From: Marsupella aquatica
Taxonomy: Eukaryota; Plantae; Marchantiophyta
DNA: 64,000 nucleotides
Assembly (NCBI GenBank): GCA_973895155.1
Contig: OZ316891.1
Coordinates: 29,065,611 to 29,129,610, forward strand
Reading direction: 5' to 3'
Shown: positions 47,483-59,972 of the stretch, in pieces
How the letters are laid out: every line of letters begins with the position of its first letter
Position numbering within the stretch: the first letter of the stretch is position 1
The notes under the pieces: model-generated
Told to the model about the DNA's origin: nothing
Seen by the model: the letters and a program-made list of their open reading frames with translations, nothing else
Database searches by the model: none
Made by a program: the position numbers and the translations under genes

Positions 47483-50400
47483 AGTCAAGGTCCAGAGATT
47501 AGTTCAGGGATATGAGTCCTCCTTTCTATCAATTATGTTTGTCAAAATAGTAGCGCCCGACGCAATTGAAGACTCCTTTATAAATGTTCACTTGAACACC
47601 AATTTTTTCTTGATCTTGGACAAAGAATATTCCACAAAGAATAGTTGGGAAGAGTCAATCACAATAGTCTGTCATTGTTAATTAGCAAATTATGTGAAAG
47701 TAAAGTAGTTCTGTGTGGGGTTATGTGCAAGGGAATTTAACAGATCCACGGGTCCAAATACACCTACTGCCAACCAGCTGCCTACCTAGCACACATGTAT
47801 GTGAGGAGGAGGTGATCACAAACATTTCTGTGGGAGGCCACTGGCAATCAAGTACATTTCTGTGGCTTGGTAGGGGCCGGCCAGCCTACACAGTCAAACC
47901 TCAGGAGTGCTCCAGACTACACAGTCACAACTGTCACCTCAGCCGATGTGGCAAATTTTTCAGAATCTATAAGTCAATGTTGCAATCAAAAGCTACTCTT
48001 TGCGCCTATTACGAAGCCCCCCAACCACAGTTCTAACTAATGACACAACTGAAACTGAGGTTGCGAACAGGAATGGGGGCTACTCTGAAGGCAAAAGAGC
48101 AAGGAATCATTCCCATCCAAGCAAAGTAATCCCTCAAAGTACCATATTTTCTTCTCATTTGAGGAAGAAACTAGATCATGTTAAACATTTCGCAGCTAAC
48201 TTAAACCCTCAATAGTTTCTTAAATTTGCACATCCAGAAGCCCTTGAAATGCACTTGACACTCAGAAGTCAGCCAAATTCAAAAGGCATAAAGAACCATG
48301 GACTGACTTGCCAGCACTACTCTTCCTCGCCAACAACAATTCTTGTTTGCTCACATCTTAAAAACCCTCAGGCCCATCAAGCAAATGTATGCAAGTGGTG
48401 AAGCTTTAAAAAAGTCAGTTCAAACAGTTTTTGGGTTTAGCTTTGGTTGCAACAAGCGTTCATTTCTTGATGTTTTTTGTCCTTTTGCGTGCTTCTTTTT
48501 CCCTTGTTTTCTGACAGAAAAGTTGTATCTACTCATCCCTGCTGGTTTAGTCAGGGATATGAAGTTTTTGTGACAAGTTTCAGGAAACGTGTCTAAAAAG
48601 GTCATGAACGGGATCATGAATAGGATCGCGATCTTTAGGGTTCAATTTTTATATGTTATTATTATTATTTTAAAGAAAACAAAAACTTTAGCATTCATTT
48701 GCATAAGCCTTCATGTGAATTATATATCAGAGTGCCCAAGGGCAAAAAAGGTGGTGAGTCAGATAGAAAGGGCTGAATGGTGAACTGTACATTGTCTTGT
48801 TTAGAACACCTACTTTGTCTAGTGAACTCTTTCGGAAAGGTGTAGCCCTCCTCGTACCCATTATGAGGCTGGTATCAATAAATTACACATGATCGTCACG
48901 TTCTACACGCCTTACAAAAGCCATTCCAAATTTCCAAATACCTAATCGCTGTAAAGCCCTCCTTATACCCATCCATAGGCTAGTATCATTAAATAGATTA
49001 TACATGAACGTCACGTTTGACACGCCTTGCAAGGAACCATTCCAACTGCACATACTAACAGTATTTAGTCGCCCCCACTCTATTAGTGCGAATTTATGTT
49101 TAGTGTAGGGGACGGTAAAATAATAGTGTAAATAACTCTGTCTAGTAGGGTTTGATGCTAACAGTGAGCACAAGTCATAATTTCACACATTTCAGTTAAA
49201 ACCAGAATGTAATATAGTTAAAATTTTGATATAGAAATAGTACCAATATATGTGCACATTATATACGTAAGGTATCTAAATTCTCATACACTACTGAAAC
49301 ATACCCTCAAGCAAACTGCTGAAATTCATAACCAGTTTGTTATTGAACAAAAACATTACAATTTTGGGCTTGCTGGAAAGATTTATTTGACTCACTTCTA
49401 TCAGACAATCCATAACACTTAAAATTGAAGACTCTCTATTGCTGGTTTTCTCACAGAAGCCATGAACTGAGATCATGCTTAGCCTCTTGAAACCTGCCCC
49501 TTTGTCTGAGAGAAAGGAAGCCAGCTTTGATAAATTAGTTCATATAGGTTGTGTTACTCTATGCAAATTGGGGATGCTGCTCTCATTGGAAAGCACAACT
49601 ATTGGTGGTTGTATTGATATTAGGAGAAGCAATTATCATCCAATAATCAGGGGGACATCAAAGGTAGGTCCATGGTTCCAAATTGCACAAAATCTATATA
49701 GTATTCAAGAATATACAATGAACTCTGGAAATTGGTAGGTGGATTGATGCTTGAAAATTGGCTAAGTTAGTTGAAGACACATCTCTAGATGCTAACGGTA
49801 GAGAGGGTTTTCATCAACAATGAAAGATACTTAATTGGAGATGGATTTTTAACTGGTTGCCTGAAGCAATGGGTTCTTTTGATACAGTTGATTTTTTTCA
49901 AGACTTGAAGCTTTCTAGTACAATGACACAAACAAAAGGAGATGCAAATTACATTACCAGTTACATTTTCACATAATTTTGATTCTTTTTTCCTTGCCTT
50001 TGTTGATCCGCTTATGATGGATTAATATCCAAATTCCACCACGTTCTCAGTACAAATCTTTCACAAAGACTCACAAAACAAAATTAAAAGAAAATAACCT
50101 TTGCTACAAACACACACACACACAAACACATATGGTGAATCCAACTTTCATGTTTTGTCTTAATTATATTTTGTGTGCAGTATTTTGATTTGAATGTGCC
50201 TTAACAAGGTGAGTCATTAGTATTAATTAGGTTTTGAATTAACTTTGAATACGTTTTAATTGTAGTTAACTTAGAGTATTTTGAATTTGTTTTGGCTCCC
50301 CTTGTAAATGTTTAATTTTTCCTTTAATTTCAATCACTCCTTAGTGAATTCTGTCTTTTCTCATGAGAGTGAGAGAAATAATTTAGAACAATGTGCACAT

Positions 50401-52158
50401 TTGGTGTTTATGGTTTTAATTGAGTTGACTATCGTTACCTAGAAGCAAGCAAGTGAAAATCTGTACCTTATGTGCACAACTCTTCACCTTATATATGTGC
50501 ACATACCTTTGTACTTTCCTTCCAAAGAGAGGTGGTCTAATAAAAGTGTAGGACAAAAATGCAAAAAGCTGGACCCCACTCCATTTCATGTAGGATAGGT
50601 AAAGTGCCCCCCATAATTGGTAAAGTGACCAGCATCAGTTTCTCCCCAATTGATGGCCTCCCCAATTAAATCTTGGAGGAATGATAAAAATAAAAATGAT
50701 GGCGCTGATCAGATCTTGGAGACAAAAAATAAAAGGACCGCCAACGTCATCTAGTAAAGTTTCCCTTAGATTTGTCGTCTAGTAAAGTTGCCCTTAGATT
50801 TATGGTCAGTAGCTGCACCATGATGGACTGCACCATGATGGATTTGGAGATTCGCACTCCTTATAAATCACGAAGAGAGTAGATAGCTTGGAGTATGTGG
50901 TTTCGAATTGAATCTAGGAGGAGGCCCAGATGGGGAGATAGCTAGGAGTATCTCGTTTCGAGTTGTATCTAGGAGAAAGAGGCCGAGAAGTGGATCGTTA
51001 AATGTTTATCTGCGGCGCTCTACCTAGTCAGAGCTCAAGAGATTGATCGTTCAAAGCAGGTAGGATTCGATTGAAAATTGTTGGCTTTTTCTTGCCTGAA
51101 TGGTTTGCATTGATGAGTGCCAATCCATGTCACCGGTGTGCGTCCTCGTCCATCCATCCTCATGTACCTCTGTATACGTCCTGCATAAACAAGCTAGCCA
51201 GGCAGAGACGGTCTCAGCCAGGCAGAGCCTAGCCTTTGTCTGAGGCAAAGGCACAATCATTGTGTTGCGCAAGAGATCAAGAGTTCCATTGAATCTTGGT
51301 TTGGTTTGCTTTAGTATGTGCTCGACTGGAAGCTGACCCAGGCAGTCGTCGAAAGGCCCTGTTTCTCTCCCTGCACTATGTAGGTACATGGTTTGAATGT
51401 ATCACGCTGAACTTCTTGAGAACAATGACGTTAGAATCATGAACGGGAAAATTTAGTTTCTAACTTTAATCTCCATACGATTTTCATGGAGTCTTCAGCA
51501 AGTTTCCGTTCTTCTCTCCGATGGTCACACTATGTAGCCTAGTAATTTTTGTGTTCATTTCAGCGGTCTAAATTCCAGGAAGACCGCTCTCCGGGCAATA
51601 CGTGATCTATATCCCTTGCGGCTTTTGCATGCGAGCAACGGACAGAGATTTCGGTTGGTCTTGAGATTAGTCTTTGCATGTCTCAGATGTTTCACCTCCA
51701 TTAGTACGTCGATTCCCTAAACTTTGTCGTACGGAGCAGACTACGTGGCACTCCTGCGGTCAGCTCTCAGAAAGTCTGTGGCTTTGATGTGAGAAATTCT
51801 GTTGATCAAGGTATCATTCAGCTCACAGGCAAGAAAAATAATATATTGCCACCATGCTTCAATTAGTACCTTAGCGGTTTTTGTCTTCGTGACTTCGCAA
51901 CTAGACGAATTCCACAGTATAAAAGGATGTCGAATTTCAGACGTGTAGGTTCAAATTCTAGGTTTTACAAAGGATTGTGAGCTCGATTGTTCTAGTTCTG
52001 GATTCCAGTTGACACATAACAATCACAAAATTGGACAGAAATTGAACGCACGAATTAGATTGATGACTTACGTTCATGCATGGAGCAGGTCCTCGCTCTG
52101 GAGTCGGTATAGAAGATCGAATGCTAAGGTGCAGCAGCAAGCACGTGCATCAGAAAGG

Positions 52159-52720
52159 ATGGTGTAGAAACCGGTGTGCATTGCAGTCTGCTTCGCGGTG
52201 GTCCTTATCTCAACAAAGCTTATCTCAACTTCCCATTCTAGGCCCAGACTTGAGTCATTCCTCCTAAGAGAACTGACAGTTGCTTCTGTGTCGTTGGTGC
52301 CACCAGGCCAATCAAGGACTTCAAATTTAATTTGGACCTGCCTATGCGAGTTCGCAGACCTGTCCACAAGTTAGATGATGTAGACGTCCGTAAGTCTGAG
52401 CGAGCAGTGATCACCTGAGTGAACCGATCGAACAATCGCCATGGTGCTCGGAAGCTTTATCCAGAGAAAAAATTGGTGTAAAAGCTGTCCTAGGAGAAGT
52501 GGGGAGAGCGGCCGTGACCTCGCGAGTGTCTAGGACCGCGGTGCTCAGGAGCACAGACGATTTGTCGGTGTATGATGAGGTGATGGTGGTAATAAGTGGA
52601 GTCGTGGAAAAGCCCTTCGACGTCACCGTGCTGATCAAAATCTTATTGGAGCTTCCGGAAGCAGACGAGAACAACGTTCAGCATTGTGTGGAGTTTCTCG
52701 GTGCCGTGGCAGTCCACATT
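52159..52720 (+). pseudogene. Polyphenol oxidase pseudogene with the tyrosinase core deleted
   Basis: Across frameshifts: a hydrophobic leader VCIAVCFAVVLI, then PILGPDLS (PPO mature N-terminus PIxxPDL), then RPIKDFKFNLDLPMRVRRPVHKLDDVDVRKSERAV (PPO DFK..PMRVRRPxH motif), then almost immediately YDEVMVVISGV...IKILLELPEADENNVQHCVEFLGAVAVH (PPO C-terminal KFDV-type domain). No CuA/CuB histidine motifs; contains stops. Confidence 0.7.
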
Positions 52721-53929
52721 TATACATTTGTCTTTTGTTTCATTTTCATTTTTCTTTGTTTGTTCCGCTTATGTTGATGCCATTTATTTCTCTTCTTACT
52801 TTTGTTTTTCTTGTTACTTTTTCGTTGGGAAAAGGGTGGGAATTATTATTTTTTCTTGGGAGAATGATGGGATTAAGCACTTACAACATTGTTTTCAAAT
52901 TGAGTCTAATTCTCATCCATTAGAAACTATAATAACATGTTGCACATTTTTATGCTGGTCATTCAAAAATGCAATGCCAAGAAAAAAAGTACTCACTAAA
53001 GACAAGAGATAAAAACATAAACAAATTCAATATATCTTGTACCAAAAAGATAGTAAATCTTTTTGTGTAGTCGCTGTTTCTGGGGATAATAGATCCTTTT
53101 TCTGTTGGGATTTTTGCTCGGATGCGGTGGGTCAGAGCCTTATGTTTTTGGGTTCTCTCCCTGTGCCTTGGATTGAGTCAGCCCTCATTTCTGTGGTTGT
53201 CTTTTGTTTTGTTTTCTGTGGGCTATGGTCTGGTCGCTTTCCACTTGTTGTTTTCTCCTTGTTGGCCTTGTCCACTTGACCGAATGTGTTTGGTCCTTGT
53301 GTGACGCCTGCCTTTGACCTGTTTTTGTGGTCTGGCCGTTTTACTCCCAGTTTTATTGGGTTTTACTTTCCTTGTAAGTAAAGTGCTCCATTCAAGACAA
53401 AAATAAATAAATCTTTCTACACAAAAAAGAATCATTTAAAAAGGAATCAAATGATGGAAACAAAAGACAAAAAAATTGCATTGTACCAGTATCAAGTAGA
53501 AACCTCACTCAGACAATCATAGATGCATATTAACTTCATAGTGGAATCATAAATAAAAATTCATCCCGAAATTCATTGAATAAAGTCAAGAGCAACACCT
53601 TATTTGATACAAAGAGACTGAGGAAAAGTCAATATATACTATATACTCTACAAATATTTACAAACTCAAGAAAAATTGGGAACAAATCCTAGCCCTTAAT
53701 TAGAAATTTGTTTTTTTAAGTATAGCCTTAAAGTTTTGAAAAAACTTGAGTGTAAATAAAATATATATATTATTTATTTCTCTGAAATTTAAAATAAGGA
53801 ACATATTTTTTTCTATCATTTGGTTGTGCTTGGGCTCTATGTTGCGGTGACCATTATCTTGCTTCATTTTCTATGTGCAATGCACGAGTTGTTGAACACC
53901 ACCACAACAACTCTACCTTGTCTTGAATC

Positions 53930-54854
53930 TTTTCTCATCTTGCTGTTTTTCCTCACATTGACATCTTTATCTCACGTACCACAACAAATTTTTTCTAACC
54001 CTTGCCATCTTTTAGGTCCTTGATTTTTTTTCGCTCCTCGATATATTTTCTCACCTGACTCGACATCTTTTCCTCACCCTCCATATCTTTTCTCACATCA
54101 ACATTCTATCTTTTTCTCATCACAACATCTTTCCCTCACCCTCGACATCTTTTCTCTCCTCAATATCTTTCTTCATCTTTTTCTCACCTTGCCTTATTTG
54201 CCACGATCACCTCAACATCTCTTTCTCTAATTGGATAGACATTTGTTTTCACCTCGACATTTTACTTTCTTCTCACCTAAGTCACATTTTTATCTCACCA
54301 CACCATCTTTTGGACCTCACCCTCAACATTTTTTTCCTCATCTTCACATATTTTTCTCACATTGCTATCTTTTCTCTCTTTGATATATTTTTTGCTCGAC
54401 TTCTTTTTCGCAGCTCGACATCTCTTTTCTCATGAACTTCTTTGTTCACCTCGACATTTTTTCTGTCCTTGACATCTTTTTCTCACTTCGACTACTTTTT
54501 CTCACCTCAACATCTATTTTCACCTTGACGTCTTTTTCTCACCACATCATCTTTTGTGCAAGTTTTGTCTTAATAAAGACATCCTTTTAACTTAGCAACA
54601 ACTTTTCTCTTAATGAACGACATCTTGGGCAATGTGATGTCTCTTTTCTTGATGACATCTTTTTTACTTAACGACAACTTTTCTCTTAACGACATCTTGG
54701 GCAACACAACATATTTTTTCTTATTTAACAACATCTTGGGCAACACCAACATCTTTTTGTCTTAACAAAATCTTAGGGGACACAATATTGTTTTTTCTTA
54801 ACGACATCTTGGGCGACACGACATCTTTTGTGCAACGCACGGGTATTGAGCTAG
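53930..54854 (+). mobile_element. Non-autonomous Helitron 3' portion (same family as 39109-40089); 5' end not located
   Basis: GACATCTT-rich degenerate repeats ending ACATCTTTTGTGCAACGCACGGGTATTGAG-CTAG|T. Confidence 0.72.
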
Positions 54855-55440
54855 TTACCAATAAAACACTCTCTCACATAAGTGAACTAAACTTAATATT
54901 TGCTCATTGACTAGTTGCTCTTTGAAGTTCAGCCTGTTGTGACTAAACTCTCTTTGGCCATGGGCCTGGTTATGGTAGTGTTCAATATGCGTGCATCGCA
55001 CATAAGGTGTTGCATAAAAAATGTCCATGTCAAAAAAATGTTGTTGCAAAAGTGATGAAGGAGAGCGCAAGATAGATGATGACAACCGAAGCAACGTATT
55101 CACACAACTCTAGATGGAGGGTGACATGCCCCCGACCTCCTCCTCCTCTTTCTCTTGGCTGGAAATAATCACAACCTGACTACACAACACTTCTACCGTG
55201 GTATTATGGGACAGGGTTTCTTGTTGGTAAGATACTATTGCTTCACAAGTCAGAATTCTTCCTTGATTTTCCTCTGAGCAAGGGCTCAATAGAGTACATT
55301 ATGGCTGTAAGTTGTCAAATTGAAGTTACAGTTGTAGAGTTTTCTCCTTAGAACAAGCATTGATTGAGAATGAGATTCGGATTGTGTACTATACATTGCT
55401 TTCAACAGATTTAGAGAGATGACTTCAAACAGACAAATAG

Positions 55441-55566
55441 CTCACCTAGTTGGAAAGACAGAATTATGTACCTCAAGACATGAAACCAAGCTGAACCACA
55501 AACTCACCTAGTAGGAAAGACAGAATTATGTACCTCAAGGACATGAAACTAAGCTGAACCGCAAAC
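55441..55566. repeat. ~62-bp tandem duplication
   Basis: ctcacctagt.ggaaagacagaattatgtacctcaag..catgaaac.aagctgaacc.caaa x2. Confidence 0.9.
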
Positions 55567-57151
55567 AGAAAAATAATAAATTCTAATTTTGAACTCTATT
55601 TTGATTATACACCAGGCCACACACTATATATGTATTCAACACCTATATTTAGTTTCACTAATATTCTAGATGTCATTCACTGAAAGTAGGGGATGACTTG
55701 ATAAATTCTATGTATGCCTGATGGGCTTGCAAGCTTGGATCAAGCAAATGGTACATATCTTACCACAAAAGCGTCAATTGAAGTCTACTTTTAAGAGCCT
55801 GGGTCTAGAGTGAAGTTTCTAGACCATAACCCCATGGTTATGTGCATGAGAATAACTCATGTGCAATGTCAACAGGTATGTGCAAGTTTTTTGTGATAGT
55901 TTGTATTTAGATTCAAAAAATCAGCACTATGGCCCACCACAACATATCTGCATAGGAAGAAGGACGTGCATACAAAATCTGATATGCATAGAAAAGAGAA
56001 TATGATTATTAAAATGATGAATATTTTTATCATTTTATTAGCCTTCAAATAATATGAATAAAAAATATATTTTGGTAATACTTTTATTGTCCTCTCCACT
56101 ATTCCCCTCATCTATTCCCATTCAAAAAATGGGTAGTCACGGCTAGTGTATAAGCATTCTTGACTGAGACTGTGATTGCATGGTTAACACTTAGGGAACC
56201 AAACTTCTTGAGTTCACTCATTTGCATACTTCGTCTTTAATTCCTGCACCCGATCATGAGACACTTATAATTCATTGTGATGGATACCACTTGTGTCCCA
56301 TTCTCGCAACTACATGTCTCTATACATGTGATGGAGGATGAAAGCATTACCACATTAATTTTGCTTCTGAGCCCCACATAGTGCTTGGGTAATATGTAGC
56401 CAAGCCGGAAGCTGCAGGGTCCATTTTGAGCATTGAAAACTTAACTTAGTCATGTTGCGAGCCAATTGATATAATTGGTCAACTTATCTTCGAATCGTTT
56501 CGACTGAAGCCTTGCATGACCTATGTTGGTATGCTTTTCTATCGTCGGCAGTTCTCTCCCTGTTGCCAAATTCTTAACAGTAGGTTTTCCCTGCTCTATG
56601 TGCGCGGGAGTCAAATTCTTCAAATTAATCATTCATCTCTATTCTAACGTGCACAGAAACTTGAAACTTGCAACGACGTGATCTTCCGCAGGTATAATTA
56701 ATTAATAACAGAAGGTATACATCTGAAACTGGCCAGGATGAATCTCAAAGGATTCAGATGAAACGGCCAATTAGATTAATTTAGTTTACAAGATCTGAGC
56801 TACATAAGTGCAGCCTCCACTGAACCCCTCCATAATTATAACGTCAATGCCAACAGGTGGTATACACATGGTTTGTAATCTGGTAAACGTCCATGGATCT
56901 CCATGATTTTGGGTAGTGACCGGAATGAATCAAGGTTTCAATGGCAAACACCTATAGCTAGCCTTCTCGCTCACTGGAGTAATCAAATAGATGGGCATAG
57001 TGTTTATGTCCCCAACGTACGACAACACTTACTTTCAGATTTTCATCGAAAGGTGATCGACTTGCTTGCAGGGGTGGGGAGTCTTGAAGCGCACATATGT
57101 CCAAAATGGACCTCCATAGGTATTGACTTCGTGACCGGAGCTTGTTCTTCT

Positions 57152-58681
57152 TCAGGTATGGACTTCGTGAGTCCTGAGAAGAGAAACGCTATTAACCGCC
57201 AACTTGTTCTTGAAGAAATCGAGATACGAGAACGACTCGTAGGCGGGCGGGTTGGCCTTGCTGATAAGCTTGGGAATCGGCTCGACAATGTAATCTGCCT
57301 CAGGACCTGGTGCCGGAAAGAGAAAATACGCGAACGAGTGCCGACTGCTCTCCTTGTCGTTAATCACTCGGTGAAGAATACTTCTGTATCGTCCATTGGT
57401 CCAGGTCTGCATCATTATTCATGGTACTGTCAGTTCCATCGATCAAGTGACACATTTAGATTCAATATTCTTGGTGAAGCAGGCTACAGAAAGACTGCAT
57501 GGCTAAATCACATTGGAGGTCAATCAAAACTGGGTGCAGAATTTAATCGCTCAAGCTTGGACCTCTACATTTCCTTTGAGCAATGTACATTCCTGCTCAT
57601 ATAGGCTGAGCAGAAGCTGCTATTATTATAGTTTTGGCAGGGTTCAGTATTCTGGTAATTTCTGAAGTGTACGTACAGTCTGTCGAAGCCAGCTCAGTTC
57701 ATTAATATTGAGTTACTGTTATTGCAGGTTTAAACTGACCATATCTCTGGCCTGACTTAGTAAGCGCTCCGAGATCTTACAGCTGCCTTACCCGAAAAAC
57801 TACTGATTGAACATTTGGCCACCTTCATTTGACAAATTCGGAGCTTTGAACCGACAAAAATAAAGAGTGCCTCATTCAGGTACCTCAAGGATATCTCCAA
57901 CATTGATAATGAGTGATCTTCTCCGCGGCTGCACGAGGACCCACTCTCCGAATGGATTTATTTGGAGCCCTTGGGTATCATAGCCTTGACAGACGATTGT
58001 GAAAACGCTGGAATCGCGGTGTGGGAGGATTCCTGTCTCGTCCACAACTGTAGGCTTCGTAGCTTTGGGGTAGTGGTGGAAATCCAGATATCGGGGAACT
58101 TCATTCTTGTGATGCACTTCACGGAGATACGTGAGAGGGAGTCCAAGACTCTCCGAGACCACGTCCAGCAATGTGTCCGCAACCTTTCCTAGCTCAAGTA
58201 GCAGACGCTCTACCTTTTCTCGGTAGTCATGGGGGTTACTTGTCCACCAGTTGAGCGTAGGGTCAATGTCTCCGGTCGAGCCTTTGGTGTAATACTTCTG
58301 CGGACCTTGACGCAAGTGATGATCGCGAAACACCATCTCCTCCACGCGATTCTCGACACCGCCTAGACGGGGGAAGTGCTTGTAGCCTGGCTGGAAGATA
58401 GGAACCAGAAGCTTCCTCTCCTTGAGATCCGGGTGCAACCCCAGTTTCTCCTCCAGTGGTAGATTGAAAAACTCCCGATTAATGTCAAATGCTGCGTCCA
58501 GCACTTCGCCAGGAACCCCGGAGTTGATCATCTCAAAGAAACCGAAAGTTTCACATGCTCGTGCCACTTGCTCACATACGGAGGAACGTTTAGCAGTATC
58601 AGAAAGCCCACTGAAGTCTATGATAGGAACAGCGGACTTCGACTTCTCGGCCAATGGTACTCCTTCCTTCACGCCAACCAT
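57152..58681 (-). CDS. 2-oxoglutarate/Fe(II)-dependent dioxygenase, DOXC class, 350 aa; exons 58681-57884 and 57406-57152
   Basis: DIOX_N motif VPIIDFS...ACETFGFFEMINSGV; HYP; HRD (HxD); INVGDILE|TWTNGRYRSILHRV; RHS (RxS) 2OG-binding motif; one phase-0 GT-AG intron. Substrate cannot be assigned from sequence. Confidence 0.93.
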
Positions 58682-59413
58682 GATTGATGAGGAAAATCAC
58701 TAATACCAACAAACTCGATCAGATTGCTTTGTAGACGAACACACACTCGTGGGACAAAGCGCAGAAAGAAAAGGAAGGTCGACGATCTGTCTGCGTTTCA
58801 ACAGACAAAATCGCCAATTCTAGCTCAAAGATTCAAACTACGGACAATGCGCGTACAAATCAACTGCTTTACTTCGACGGACGAGTGCATCCGCAATTCT
58901 CTGATATCGGAAGCCGAGTGTTGTGAAAGACTTGTTCGCCAACTTGTATTTCAAGTGAGCACTGGAACATTTATAGGGACACGGGGGTGGGGGCCGGGCG
59001 CATTGTGCAAGGTCTGTTATGAATCCACCACAAGCCATGTCAAAACCTGAATCGACCACGTTTCACCGGGAATAGTATTATTTTCTTGAAATTAATGTGG
59101 AACAAAATGCACCGTGGAAAAGAAGAACGGGTGGAACGTGAAAAAGCATCACACTAGCTCTGACAAAAGCTGCTCTTTCCGGAAATTGTTAAACAAATTA
59201 AGTGGCACCGTAGAAAATAAGAAAGACACCACTAGCCATAACAAAACGTGGATCCAACAAGTTTTACACTATAATACCTTTTGTCTCAAATGTGGAACAA
59301 AATGGCGTGAGAAGAATGTGATCAATAGCGAAATTATGGACCTCTCCCCTTTATATGGATAGTGGCGTTCAAAGCAAATGGCCGCAGCTCCTAAAATACT
59401 AGAATTCTACACC

Positions 59414-59610
59414 AGCACATCTCTCAAGCTATGTGGATCAATCCGTTGGAATTTCCGAAAGTCTGCAAGCGTCATCTATCCACTCAGACACGAGTTTGCA
59501 TCCCTCGCGGTTTAGACCCGCACGTCTCTCAAGCTATGTCAATCAACCGGTTTTAATTTCCAATGTCTGCGAATGTCCATCCATTCAGACACGAGTTTGC
59601 ATCCTCCCCA
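59414..59610. repeat. ~105-bp degenerate tandem duplication upstream of the 2OGD gene
   Basis: gcac.tctctcaagctatgt...tcagacacgagtttgcatcc x2. Confidence 0.8.
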
Positions 59611-59972
59611 GCGTCGAGTGAATTTGCAGTCGTTCGTTCAACAGTACGTACGTTGAATTTGCAGTCGTACGTTCGATCATTCGCAAGTGCACTCTGGAGA
59701 AAGTAGATTCGCTGCGTAATGCATGCACCAGCAACCACAAAACTGTTTAAGTCAGCTGCCACTCGCCATCGCCATGACATTAATTGAAGGTTTTAAATGG
59801 TTTGCAATTAAAATGTATGCGGTCAAGTCATGTTTTGGCTGCAATTGACAAAAGCGAACGCTCCAGTGCATCTCTATAATTATATTTGAATCTTGTTAGA
59901 GAACTGACATAACAGTCCCACTCTGATCTCCTCAGGTTGGGACTCATGATTGTGGGCCCGTCATGCTGTTGT

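Noticed and set aside
56903-57604. 233-aa + strand ORF
   Set aside because: Overlaps 2OGD exon 2 and its intron in antisense; no recognisable motifs
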